Below are positions 1 through 12,758 of a stretch of DNA of 64,000 bases, in pieces (position 1 is the stretch's first letter; every line of letters begins with the position of its first letter). Both the position numbers and the translations under genes were made by a program. Source of the DNA: Vicugna vicugna (taxonomy: Eukaryota); contig MU057416.1 of assembly GCA_013265495.1 (NCBI GenBank), forward strand, positions 1,420,545-1,484,544, in the 5' to 3' direction. The notes beneath the pieces were generated by a model. The model saw only the letters and a program-made list of their open reading frames with translations, had not been told where the DNA came from and did not search any database.

Positions 1-150
1 TATTGATGCTTCTAATGCCCACTAGGTGCGTGTGAGACACAGCGTTAGCATCACAGAGAAACGTGTTAGGTGCTTCGTTAGATTCCTTTAGAACGAAGTG
101 AGGCCAAGAACTTAGCGACAAAATAACGTACGTGCTTGGGGATCATTTCA

Positions 151-415
151 GTTTTTTTAATGGAAGTGCAGTCAGCTTACGATGTTGCATCCATTTCTGA
201 TGTATAGCGTCATGTTCCAGTCATACATGCACATGCATATATTCCTTCTCATATTCTTTTTCATTCTAGGTTACTTACTACAGGTATTGAATATAGCTCC
301 CTGTGCTGCACAGTAGGACCTTGTTTATCTATTTTGTATCTAGTAGTTGGTCTCTCAGATCTCGTCCGTATGGTTACCAGCAGGGAAAGCGGGTGGGAAG
401 GGATAAACTGGGAGT
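151..415 (-). mobile_element. 5'-truncated L1 3' end with a short inverted segment
   Basis: T-tract plus L1 3'UTR on minus strand (151-348); + strand L1 piece atggttacc...gggataaactgggagtt; flanked by tcatttca at 143-150 and 416-423. Confidence 0.7.
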
Positions 416-2544
416 TCATTTCACAATTCTCACGAGAATGCACTTATGGCCCAGATGGTCCTGCACCCCAGGGGCCCCAGGTCAGATCCAGGACCTCAGT
501 GCCTGAAAGATGTCTCAAGAGAGCAACCTCTCACCAGCCAGGACCCCTCACGGGACCACCGCTGTAGCCTGCACCCACCCCTCACGCCCTTCTCCTCCCC
601 TTGCCCTCCCCCACCCTGAATGCTTGTGCAAGCATGCCCCCTCCCTTCCCCATCCATCCCTCCGCAAGCACAGGCGCACACACACACACACATGCACACG
701 CACGCCGCTGGCCGTCACCTCTTGTGACTCCGAGCCGTTCAGCTCATCCTCCTGGCCCGAAGTCACCCCAGCGTTTCTGGAAGCGAGAAGACACAGCGGA
801 AGCAGAGAGGCCACGCGTGCCTCTCCTTTCAGGCCCAGGAGGACATTTGCATTTGGGGTTTTTTATTGGGGGTTTCTCAGCTAGCCCGCCGCTTTTGTGG
901 CCCACGTCTGTCGGGGTGAAATACTCTTTATCCACAAACCTGTGCTGTGAGCTGTTTCCTCCTCTACTTCTTTCCAGTTTTCTGCATTTTCCAAAATGTC
1001 TGTGGTGAAGATGCATTGCTTTCTTTCGTAAACATGAAAAGAAGTTTAAATTTTGTTGAGTATTCCCACACAGGAATGTAAAAGTCATTCACTTTTCTGA
1101 GCGGTGGGACCACGGGTGGCTTCTTTCTCTAGTCTGTATGTGTCCACATTATGTGGTGTTAGAACTGTATCTAGTTTAACTTACATGAAGATATCTGAGA
1201 GACATAAAAGTGGGGGGCAGACCTGTGCTATGTCAAAACGGGTCTGTCCAGACCACCACTGGTTTACTTCCTGCTGTGTAGACCAAGCACCAGGCGTTTT
1301 CCAGAGCTGAGAGCGTTCCAGAGACAGAGAGCGGTTACGGAGCGATCACGGCCCCGAAGCACTAACGGGGGGAGACGGGCGCGGCCGGCGTGCGGTTAGC
1401 ACTTCCCGTGTGGTTTTCCCTTTCCATCTTCTGGTGAAAGACGCTGGATTTACTGCTGAGCCCGTGCGCGGCTCGCCTCCTGAAGAGAGAATTACTTCTT
1501 TCCCAGAACCTGCTTGCACAAGCGGAAATCTCGGCCGCGCTCCGCCCGGCGGGAGGGCCGCTTCAGACTCTGATGTGCTGACCTGGCTCTTCTGAGTTAC
1601 CTGTTCGGAGAACTTGGGGCACACACCTTCCGGTTTGTCCCTTGGCATCCTTGAGTGTGTGGTGCCCCCTCAACGCAGTGGAACTCCCGGGAGGTAGCAG
1701 GGACACCTCGGCGGCCAGCACCGGGTCCTGGCGTGAGAGAAGCCCGTCCCCCCATGGGGATGCAGAGAAAAGCACCCTCTGAGCGTCTTGGGGGCGATGT
1801 CTCCAGTACCTGACGAAGGAACGAGCGGGGGCCACGGGGCTGCAGGGGGAGGGCGGGGAGGTGGGGACGGGCGAGGCCCTGGAAGGCTTGAGGGGCTGGG
1901 AGGTAATTCTGAGTCTGACGAGAAGCCGTTTGCAGGCTTGTTGGAGGGGAATGATGGCCCGTGATTTTCTTTTAATGATCCCTCTAACCTGAGAACGGGT
2001 TGTGACAGGCTGAGCCAGAAGCAGGTAGAGCGGCCCTGAAGCCCTGATGGGGAAGACAGTGACCTCGATCAGGGGGCCTGGGATGGTCCTGAGGCTCCGA
2101 GGTCCGAGGGCAGCGCTCAGGGCACCAGGCCTGCTTCTCCACGAGGCGCTCCGAAGGCCCCGGGGCTGTGTCTGAAGGGCTGTGGGAACAGGGTCTCTCC
2201 CGGATTTGAGATGGGGACTCGCTAGAGGCTCGCGGGCCCTGGAGAGGCCACGTTGCTTGTGGACGTACCTGGTTCAGCCCACCTGGCACCCCGCCCTCCC
2301 ACCTAAGAGTGTGGGTCCCAACAGGTGTGCCCTGTGACCCCAGAGAGAACGGCTTCCCCCCGGAGAGGCAGAGGGAGGCCAGTCTGCGCCGCTGTCAGAC
2401 CCGGTCATTGCCAGTGCGCGCCAGAGGCCTGGCGCCGGGCTCTGAGGAGCTTCTGGACGAGCTCTGCGATGCAGCCTGAGAGCACCACTGGGCTTTGTCT
2501 TCAGAATGTTTGTTGAAATATAAAAAGCACGCATCTATGTTGGG

Positions 2545-2716
2545 GGCACCCAACCCTGGCTGCCCGGAGGAAGCACTGAGGAGCCTTTCAAATGCACCTG
2601 CACCCAGGCCCCAGTCCAGACCGAATCTGTCAGGGTCTTGGCAAGAGGCCCGGGCATCGGTGACACTGAAAAGCTCCCTGGTGGTTTTCACGTGGGTCAA
2701 GGGGCGAAGCACTGCC
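2545..2716. mobile_element. MER5-like hAT-Charlie DNA transposon remnant
   Basis: ggccccagtccagaccgaatc...aagctccctggtggtttt resembles MER5A. Confidence 0.55.
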
Positions 2717-2727
2717 GCAGGTGAGGT

Positions 2728-5700
2728 TGTAACCCAGCAGGACCTCTGGGGCCTTCCCGGGACAGGACAGACCCCTCCCCTATGTCCTCCGCTGTAGCTT
2801 TTCTCTGAAGGACCCAGATGATAGTATCTCATGCAGGCTTCTTGAATTTTTCAGATGCTAAAACCACCACCAAAGGGAAGAAATTATCTGCTTGATGATC
2901 ATGAGCACGTGGCCCCCAGATCTCCTGGCGCCTAAGGACTGATCACGCTCAACCAACCAGAGAAGTGGTCACAGCTGGTCGCACACCCGGGGACGCCCCT
3001 CCCTCAGCCGGCCTGTGGGAAGGCTCAGCTGAACCCCTGCAAGGAGCTCGCGGTTTCCGAGCGTGAGCCACTGGTTCTCCTTGCTCGGCCCTGCAGTAAG
3101 CCTCCCTCTGGTCCAGACTCCGACATTTTGGTTTGTTTGGCCTCACTGTGTGTCAGGCACACAACCTCGTGTTCCGCATGAATTGTGGTGAAGCCAGCGA
3201 GGAGCCTGCACGCGTGGCAGGTCGGCCCGGCGGGGGCGGGGGCGGGCGGCCCCTTCCCTGGGTCCCAGCGCGGCCCAGCTCACTCCGCTCCAGGAGCTGG
3301 GAGGGGCTGCCTGGGAGGCGCGGCCGCCCCGCCCAGGGCCGTTCGGAGCCGAGAACCGGCCGGAGCGGAACCGCGTAGCCCACACGNNNNNNNNNNNNNN
3401 NNNNNNNNNNNNNNNNNNNNNNNNNCCGGCCCTCGGGCGTCCGCCCGCTGCTCGCCGCGGGGCCGCCGGTCGGGGCGCTCCCCGTCTGGACCGAGGGAGC
3501 GCTGGTTGGGAGTCTCCCTTTGGGGCCTGGGGGCTGGGCCCTGAGAGGCTGTCGTAATCGTTGTTTGCTTGGTATTTGGGAGCATCAGCCGTGAGTCATT
3601 AAGCGTGGATGTCAGAGCTCTGTTCCGCCTTGTAGTCCCCGAAGGGTCTATTTTGCAAAACTAGGAGGTCTTCAACTGTGCTTCCATAAACGAAATGAAA
3701 TGTTATTTTTATTGTAAGACGGGGAGACCTCAGGACTCCCTGGGACCTGGAGAACAGCGGCCCCGGTGGCTCTGCTGTTGCCCCAAAGTGGGCCTCTTGC
3801 AACTTGGCTTTTACCTTGGGGCTGTGTGTGCGAGTGTCTTAGCAGCCGCGTCCAAATCCTGGCTTCGCTTCCTGGTTTTGCTGAAGGTGAGGCATGAAAA
3901 TGTGAGGCGTAACGTATGTATAGTCTAGTGCCATTATGGGACCTGGAGAAAAATCCCGGAAAACAGCCAAGACGGTGGGTCTTGTAAGAGCAGCTGGAGG
4001 AGGAATTTGCGTCATTGAGATGTAGGTGATCTTCCTGGGCTCTCGAGGAAAAAGAGGTTTTTAAAACTCAAGCAGAGAAACTGTGCAATCTCTGGTTCTG
4101 CCTTTACCTAAAAAAATTAACTTTAAATGAGCTCTATTTAATTGACTTAAAAAGTAAGTGCTTACAAATTGAACACTTCGGAATATAAAAGGAGCTAGAC
4201 AGAACGAACTTCAGGTTTACCTGATAGGAAATACTCGACATTGAGTTGATACCCGACATGAAAGCTCGCTGAAGCTGGGTGGTGCCGTCAGCACACACAT
4301 GTTCCTTGTTGTCCCTGAAGGTCAGCGAGGTCATGTTGTGTCTGTCGCAGTTTGTCAGCAGAAAGGAAAACCGTAATTTGGTGTGATGAGATCCTTATAC
4401 GTGAATTAAATGCAAATAAGATAAGAGCTTTTGGGTGAACCCTTTAGCAATAATTATATTTTAGGAATGTCTACTTAAAAATCACCTCACCAAATATTTG
4501 GTAACTTGAAATTTTAGACTTGGGCTAAATTAAGTTAAATGATGGACGTTTACTGAATAGTTGAACAGCTGGCTCATTCTCAAACAAAATAAGATACTGA
4601 AACATTCACTGGGAACTGAGGTTTTTAAGAGTTGATGGTTCTAATTTAAATATATAATTAAAGCTGCTAAAAATAATAAAGAAACATTTCAGTATACAAC
4701 AGAAAAACAGGATATATGTTTTGAGCAAAAGAAACGGGGAGGGGGAGGAATGGAATGACATTTCATTAAAGGAAAAGAAAGTGATTTGGTCCTAGAGATG
4801 GTGTTTCTAGATGGGAGAATAAGGGACAGACTAACATGGGAGCAGGGAGTCATGGAAAGGTTACAGAAAGGAGCCCTAACAAGGGGGTCCCGTGCATGGT
4901 CGGGCTGCAGTTAGACGGGCCCTGACTGGGTGAGTGGGTTTCATTACTCACAGTGGGCGGGGGCAGGGCTAGATTTGGTTCCCTTCAGTTAAGGAAACAA
5001 GTTCACTGAGGACGCTTCTGATGACAGACTGTGTGAAACTTTTTGATATTTTTGACCGACTTCCTATCAAATTCTAACTGAAGTCCATTGATGTCAGCCA
5101 ACTCTGAGATGTTTCGGAGGGCCCCGGAGGCATCTCAGAGGAAAACGTTAAGCTAACTAGGATTGCTCGGTGTGTTAAATTACGTGGGAAACATGTCAAA
5201 TGAGCGATAAGCCTGCTCAGATTAAATGGCACGGGTAAATGTTATTAATACAGACATTCTAGAAACTATGTACAAGTTTCTGAAATTTGGGTCCGTAAGG
5301 CTGTCCGTCGTGGTTCTGGCCGTTACCCTAGAGTGCTGTGTGTCACAGCAACTTGATGAGGCGTCTCTGTCCAGGACATGGTGATCAGATCCTTTGCCTG
5401 GCCTTGGTGGCTCTTCTGTCATTCCTGGTGCTTTCTGGGACTGCCTCGTCTTCAGGACGATTTGTATCGAAGAGGACTTTTGGCAAGCGCAGGTTCCTTT
5501 CAGACCGCACTGCTGAGCTGGGCAAGATGTTTAAGGGGTGTCACGGAGACTCTGACTTCACGGAACTGTTGGTAGCAGGGACTGACTACGTGGGATTGGG
5601 GAAACTGATGAATGTGGTTGTGGTTTTTTTGGTTTTGTCTGAACTACTACTGGCTTTTGATCTATGGTTTTTAATTGGACTGTTTACCAAATTTCTATCT

Positions 5701-7411
5701 CCCTATCAATTTTGCCCCCAAAGTTTAAGCTAGGAAGAGAACTCTCTAATGGAGTCCGAGCGCAACTACTTGGGATGTGCATCGGTGCTGGCTTTAAGTC
5801 TGCTGCTGAAGCACACGTGCGATGCTCACCTAACAGCTGGGTGTCAAGGGGTCAGATCCGTGGCCTGCGAAGTGCTTCCCCATCCGCATACCTCTGCGCC
5901 TGCTCACGGGGTCTGATTCGCTTCCCCCAGTGTGGACAGCTAGGCAGGTAGAAAGGAAGCCTCGCACCGAGGGGCGGGACCTGGACCAGGGCGGGAGCCA
6001 CCAGCCCAGCATCGAGGGGCAGGAGTTTCAGTCATCAGCGCTTTTTACTGAAAGATTTGCGATCGAAAGGGGAACTACGGAAGAACCTGCGCACGCTGAG
6101 GTGCAGGGAGGTCGCACTGGCTCAGGCCTGGTTTACCGTACGGACCAGTCGGCCTGCTTCATGGCCTGCTGGACATGCGTGGTCCATCTGCTTTGGCCTT
6201 GAGGAGGGGCACTCACTTGAATGGAGTCAGAATGGAGCGGCTGTGGTTCAGACATTCAAGGTAAAACAGGTGGCCATCGGGGGCGTAATTCTAGACACAT
6301 CTTGTTTTGTCGAGGACTTGAATTCTCTGAGCTGTGTCAAACTTGGGACGCCACCAGCCATTCCCAAAGCAGTGTCTGCTGGGAGCCGCACCCTTGGGAC
6401 CTCAGGGTCTCCTCTTGTAACTATTAAATTTTAGGCAATAACAGTGCTATAGATCAGATGTTGGCAGAAAAAAGGAGCCGTGTGGTGGCCACTAGCTATG
6501 TTAATAACATATCGAAAGTAAAAACCTACTCAGGTAAAAGTAGGCAGCTGGCGACGCCTCCCCCAGAGCACCAGGTCCAGGCGGCTTGCAGGCTTGTTCT
6601 CCTGAGCACCTCAGGGCTGGGATCGGTTTTGTCTTTTAAAGTTCTGGTTGTCTAATTGGGTCTGTTGGTACCAAAAAGGTGGACTAAGGGACTGAAATCT
6701 TAATCATACAAGACTCGGATCCAGGACTTGGAACTCAGGAATATTTCCAGCTTGGTGTCCCTTCCCCGCGTGGAGGTGGGACCACGCCCCGTTTCAGCAA
6801 GAAGTAGCCAGAGCGGTCATCGCCCTGTGCCCTGAAAGGTCTGGGGCAGGAAGAAATGGGATTGGAGGTTGGAACCAAGTTCCTCTGCCGAGTTTGTGCT
6901 GAACCTCTCCCTCCTAAATATTACTCCTTTCCTGTCCAGCACCTGTTCTCATCAAGATTAAGGAGCATCAAAGAAAAGGGGGTCCTGCGGGGCCCTCCCG
7001 GGGCAGACCCCTCCCCTACATCCTGTTCTGGAGCTCCTCTCTGCAGGACCCAGAGGGCAGCATCGCAGGCCTGTTCCTGAGTTTTTCAGATGCTGCGTTC
7101 TCCCATTTGGTGTGGTTTTTAACAGATGATCTTGAGCACATAGCCCCCAGGCCCTCTGGTTCCCAAGGGGCTCTGAGCCCATCAAATCCCATCAACCAAC
7201 CAGAACTGCACACGGTGGTTCTCACACCCGGGGACGCCCCTTCCTCAGCAGGTGTTTAAAAAGGCTCAGCCGAAACCCTTCTGGGACGTCGGGGACTTGG
7301 GGGCAGGGCCACCGGTTCCTGCCCGGCCTGCAGTGCGCCCTCCTCGGGCCAGACTCTGACATTTCTGTCTGCCTCTCTCTACGCCGGGCACGTGATGTGC
7401 GTTTGGTTACA
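2728..7411 (+). mobile_element. ERV1 (class I) provirus with decayed internal region; 5' LTR ~2728-3182, 3' LTR ~6981-7411
   Basis: Starts TGTAAC and ends GTTACA; 4-bp TSD AGGT at 2724-2727 and 7412-7415; the two LTRs are alignable (cagacccctccccta, tttttcagatgct, cacacccggggacgcccct); PBS follows the 5' LTR; purine tract aaagaaaaggggg precedes the 3' LTR. Confidence 0.85.
3186..3204 (+). other. Degenerate primer-binding site, tRNA-Arg(ACG) type
   Basis: tggtgaagccagcgaggag versus expected TGGCGAGCCAGCCAGGAG (2 substitutions, 1 insertion), immediately after the 5' LTR. Confidence 0.7.
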
Positions 7412-7829
7412 AGGTGTCACTCTGCCACCTGTCCTCCCCACAGGACGGGCGTCGTCCCTCGAGCAGGCCGCAGCTGATGATGTGGTGTTCTGCCTCCCAC
7501 GTGGAGCTCAGACACACCCCCCTTTTAAGCACTTGCTGGAATTAGTCAGAAAACTTGAGCACAAGCAGATTCATCGATTTTAGGCTCAGGAGCGGGCAGC
7601 CTCTCAAAGGCGGCTGGACCCTCTCTTCTTCCTTTCTTCTCCTGCACTGTCTCTTCTCCTTGCCCTGGTCGCCCCCTCTGCTGTCTTCCATGGGCCTCCG
7701 GGACACTTGCCCGGGCACCTGGGCTGGCCAGTCACCCAGGAGGCCTCCAGCCACAGGGAGCAGCTCTGGGAGAAGGTCTGGGTGAAAAGCGGAACTCGTT
7801 GAATAAAAGGCTGTGGCATTTCTACAATG

Positions 7830-8433
7830 TCTTGCTTTGCTGCAGACTCGGGTGCTTCCCTGCTGTGAGAATCAGTCTGGCATTTCTTTAAAGGTTCGCC
7901 AAGGAGTCACCGTCTGGCCCAGCAAACCCACCCTGAGATGTGCTCCTCAGAGGAATAAAAGTACATATTTGCACAGGAGCTCGTGCACCACGTGCACAGC
8001 TGTGCTATTCACAATCCAAATATCCACTGACTGATGAACCGATAAACAAAACGTGGTCCACCCCTACGGTGGAATATTGCTCGTGCCTAAAAGACAGTGA
8101 AGTTCTGGTCCGTGGTGCAACTTGGATGAGCCCTGATGACACCTGTGAAGTGAAAAGTCACAAAAGCCCACGTGTTGTAGGACTTCATTTCCATGAAACG
8201 TGCAGAAAAGGAAAATCGAGAGAGACAGGAGGAAGGTAAGAGATGGCCGGGGCCGGGGGCGGGACGGGGGAGAGTGGGTACCTAGTGGGCACGGGTCTTC
8301 TGGGGTGGAAAATATGTTCTAAAATCGATCGTGGTGATGGTTGCAAATATGCTAAAAACCAGTGAACTGTACAGTTTAAATCGGCGAATTGTATGATATG
8401 TGAACTGTATCTTGATAAAGCTGTTAAAAATAA
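7830..8433 (+). mobile_element. Old L1M 3' fragment
   Basis: gataaacaaaacgtggtcc...ggaatatt; gtggtgatggttgca...gtgaactgtatcttgataaagctgttaaaaataaaa. Confidence 0.75.
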
Positions 8434-9950
8434 AATGCGTGCTTCCACGGCAGAAAACTGTGATTGCTGGAATGATCAGATTTACAAATCGTGGGGAACC
8501 CAGGGAGTGTTAACTGGAACATCCGAGTCAGGCAGTCGGCATGTAACACAGGCATGCACTTTCTGTTTAAAGTTTCAAATGCCAACCAGGGTGAAATCAC
8601 ATATTCAGAAAGCGGCAGAAGCACGCTTCTGATACAGCAAACATCTACCTACCGACGTGCATTCCTGTGTCCAAGCACACATGTGCCTACAGGAAAGAGA
8701 AATGCATTTTTCTCGCAAATTACTGGTATGTTTAAAGTTCAAAGTTGATTGACACATGCTTTCACTTAATGAAGGTAATTACAAAGAATAACAACGCCAA
8801 ACAGATCTGTTCAGTGTAACAATCTCGTCCTGCCCCGCAGACGACGTTGAGGCCCGTCAGACACGCGGGCTTGCCACCAATCACACGTCCGCACGTCTGC
8901 GAGACAAGAAACAGATTAATGAGCATCAACACTTTGCTCTAAACACTTGCTGAGAAGAATAAAAACTGCTGGCTCTGAAGGAAATGACCCAACGGGAGAC
9001 GTCTTCTGTATCCAGCCTCTGAAACAGCCCTGTCGGGTCTCGGGACAGACACGGGGCACGCCCCCCTCTTGGGACTGTCACTCTCCGTGGAACGGATGCT
9101 AGCGTCCACTAGTGCTCCCTCCCTGACATGGGAGTGTTTTGCTGCGCTTACTGAAAATCTCTACTGAACCGTTTGGATAAGTAACAGCCCGAACCCAAGG
9201 TTTGCTTCTGCTCCAGGCAGCGGGTTCTCCGTGAGTGCAAGTACCAGATACCCTATGAGTGTGTGTAGCTAAAAACCCAGGGCTCCTGGGATGCCTGGTC
9301 AGATATTTGGATGCAGATCGGTTCCCAGGCCTCACTGGGGAAACGCGACTACACACGGAAAAGGCCTGCGATTACAATTACACTGCCACGAGGGTTAGTT
9401 CTAGCTTCAGACGCCAGGCTTATGAAAGGGGGCTCCACTGAGTTTAGTTTTATCCTGCCAGAAGTGCTGGCCAAATGAATGCTGTGCCTAACAGACCAAA
9501 GAGTGGATTTTCCACTTGACTTTTTACTACCACGGATAAATAGCCGGTGAAATGGAAACGGACGGACAGAGAGCATTGAAACAATCCAACTGCATATGGC
9601 ATGAGCTCTGTCGCTGTGTCATCGTTGTGGGGTCTTCTACTCCAAAGCTGGTTTGGATTTAGGGTCACGTTTTCTTAGAGCAAAGGGGGCAGAGAACTGT
9701 AGCCAGTCTGTTGTCTGATCTCAGCCCGGTCGTGAGTGGAACATGACCGTTCGCTTTTATGTGGCACCAGGCACTACGAGGCCCCGCGGACACGCCAGGC
9801 GACGGCAGAATAAACAAACAGCGCACGTTTAAGACGAAACCTCCTCGGTCACCTTGCTTTCAAGAATCTGCATCCTATACATAAAAGTGAAGGGAAGTGT
9901 CTTTCTCTTTATTTAGAAGTTGAAAAGGTCTATTTGAAAGTTAATGTTCG

Positions 9951-10030
9951 TATAACTGGATCACTTCGCTGTACACCTGAAACTAACTCAACCCTGTAAC
10001 TCAACTGCACTTCAAGTTTTTAAAAAAATT
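9951..10030 (+). mobile_element. L1 3'-terminal fragment with A tail
   Basis: tataactggatcacttcgctgtacacctgaaactaac...aaaaaaa. Confidence 0.7.
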
Positions 10031-11205
10031 TCAATAAAATTTAAAAACCCTTTTAATTAACCTTCTCCCTTGGAAAATACATTTCTGTGGCCCTGTCTCA
10101 GTGAGGGAGTGGGTTTATGGGTCTCCCAGCGTCTCTCAGAAATAAACACCCGTCGGTTCTTTAGAGGAGCCTCAGGACTTCGGGGAGGTTGGAGGCGCCT
10201 TCAGGAATGTCCTCTCAACAGCACAGATCTCTGCAAGAATTTATTCCAAAATGTGTTGATTCCTTGGTTTTGCTCATGTCCTAAAACTGCTCTAGAAAGT
10301 CTAAATGTCTTTGCAGACTGTATGTCCTTCCACCCATTACTGGGAGACAACTTGCTGAGACGGACGTGGCTGCGTGCTGGCTGTTACAAGTGCCTCTGTC
10401 TCATTCAGTTTCTGACTTCAAGGTAGGCCTCACTGTCTCAGAACGAGCACGTCCCCACCGTGGGACGCAGCCCTGAAACACGCTGACCAGGACAGCCGCC
10501 TGGGTGTGACCAGCCAGCTTCCATATTTCGGAATCACAGGCTTACAGAACACAGCAGCCAGGAGAGACCTCATGGGCTGTCAAGTGTCACCCCTCAGTTT
10601 TCAAAAGAAAAATGTATTGATATGATGGGGCAAAAAGAAAGCAGCACGAGGGCACAAAGGAGGGCCGGGTCTCCTTTTACTCCGTCGCTCCTCAGCCCTG
10701 AGGGCCTCGTCGACACCTACCCAGACTCAGATCACACGCCCATTTAAACCCGGAGATTCCATTTTTAAGGCTCTGTGCTCTACGAATAATCACACACGAG
10801 CACACAAGAATACACGTGTAAAGACATGGCTTCACCACAAGGGGAAACAACCACAGACAGCCCCCATGTGGATCCCAGGCACCCGGGGAATTGGGTGCGG
10901 GGTGAGCGAACGCGGTGACAGCCGCCCGGGGCGCGCCGGCCGCGCGGGAGGGGAGTGTGGAGAGCGGCGCGCGCCCAGCGCAGAAACCCGCGCGCTGTTA
11001 CGGAAGCGGCTGGAAAGCTGCCAACCACGGCAGGAGTGTTTAATGACGGACTTTCTTCCTATGTGGCCAAGGAGGGGCGATGGAGGGGGCAGAGAGGGAA
11101 GAGTCCCACCTTTCATTTTATACCTTTCAGTGGTGGACATGCTTCCCACTTCACATACTGCTTAGGTAAGGCTTTAAAGTGAAAATAATTCAACATTTGT
11201 GACAG

Positions 11206-11275
11206 GCACGCACAAGGTCCTGGGTTCAACCCCCAGTACCTCCATTAAAAAATGAGAACAAACAAATAAAAGAAC
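11206..11275 (+). mobile_element. 5'-truncated tRNA-derived SINE (camelid Vic-1-like)
   Basis: gcacgcacaaggtcctgggttcaacccccagtacctcc plus A-rich tail; B-box GGTTCAACCC. Confidence 0.75.
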
Positions 11276-12639
11276 GTTTATTTTAAAAAGAATTTTTAAA
11301 AAGGCAGTTCCCATGGGCAGCTTTGACGTGGCTGTGACATTGCCACCTGCGTCTGTCTTCATGGGCGGGGAGGGCAGAAGACACATCCCAGGAGGAGGGA
11401 CTTCAGGGCTTGACGAAAGCCAGCTGGGCAAGTAACGTGCACGCACGCCCCATGATTTCACTTCAAATTAAGGCTGAAGACTAATCATTTTTTGCATAAT
11501 AAGTTCAGAGATGGGTTTTATTGGCTGTAAGTTGCACGCGTCTGAACACTTTCACTTAAGTGGAGTCAGAATGCTTCAGACAGCCGAAGGCACGGCACAG
11601 TTTAAGTGTCAGACGTTTGTTCTCAGTGGCCCACGGAGTTACTAGGCGTCTTACTGCAGCGTCTCACATTTGCTAACATGCAGCATTTGTAAGGTTTTAA
11701 TGACAAATTATTAATTAACAATTTCTCTGTTTGTGGCCATCAAAACAGCACTAAAATCTGCCTGGAGGTGCAAGATGAGATCAGAAGGCTTTCTGAGGCT
11801 GTCAGTGGGTTTTTCGATCCTTTTCTCAAAAAAGGTCTGTTCTCATTGTCCTGTTAATAGGTGAAGGACACAGACCAAGACCTTTCCTGGGATTTTTCCG
11901 TCCTCCTGTAACTGATCAACACAATGCAGGTTTGTGTAATCACTTAACTTTCCACCTGCTCCCCAGCAGGAACTACAGTGGCCAAGTAACACCTTTCCAT
12001 GATGTCTAATAGGATGTAGATGTGGCCAAAATATGTAGTTTTTCTTGAGACATTGTCCCACTTGTGTGTGACAATTTTCTAGTGGTAACTGTTAGCTCCA
12101 ATGTTGTCTGAACAAAATGTCAACCAGTTTGCAATATTCTAAGGTTTCCAAAGCCGCCCCTCCACTGGGAGCTGAGTGGGTTCGGCTCTGCATCCCAGCG
12201 CCCGTGTGCAGTGTAGACGGAGACCCGGGAGGCCAGGAACTGGGGGAGAGGTGGGAGCACGCCTCCGTGTGACACTGCTCCTTCTAGTGAAAAACAAGAT
12301 TGAAGGCCCCTCCCCCACCCCCCAAATGTTAGTCAATAGAAATGGAGCCATTTCCAAAAGGAGCATGAGGTGGCACTAAAGCGAGTGGTTTATTTGTCCC
12401 TGCTTTCTGGTTTCCACACAACTGCGCACCAGATCTGCATATTTAACGAGTTCCCAGAACTGAGGGCTGAGATACTAGTGCATTTGGGAGGGGGGGGGTT
12501 ACTCTGTCCAGCGCTGATGGTCTGTCCCTCTGTATCGCCGAAAGCAGAAAACTGTTTCATTCCTTTTTGAGACAGTGTCCAAAGCAAACAGCATTTAAAA
12601 TTTTTTTTCCATCCAGTTTTATTCAGATGTAATTGCATG

Positions 12640-12758
12640 TTTTTGGGGGGTGGGTGGGGGGGTAATTAGGTTTATTTATTATGGCAGAGGTACTGGGGAT
12701 TGAACCCAGGACCTCATGCATGTGAAGCACATGCTCTCCCTCTGAGCTGTACCCTCCT
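12640..12758 (-). mobile_element. Near full-length tRNA-derived SINE (camelid Vic-1-like)
   Basis: Reverse complement reads gagggtacagctcagagggagagcatgtgcttcacatgcatgaggtcctgggttcaatccccagtacctc...aaataaacctaattacccccc. Confidence 0.8.

Noticed and set aside
5338..6434. ORFs inside the ERV as gag/pol/env or a captured gene
   Set aside because: No recognisable retroviral motifs (YxDD, DDE, CCHC, env ISD) in the translations.
12640..12758. tRNA gene
   Set aside because: A tRNA-like head followed by a non-tRNA body and tail, with a second copy at 11206, indicates a SINE.
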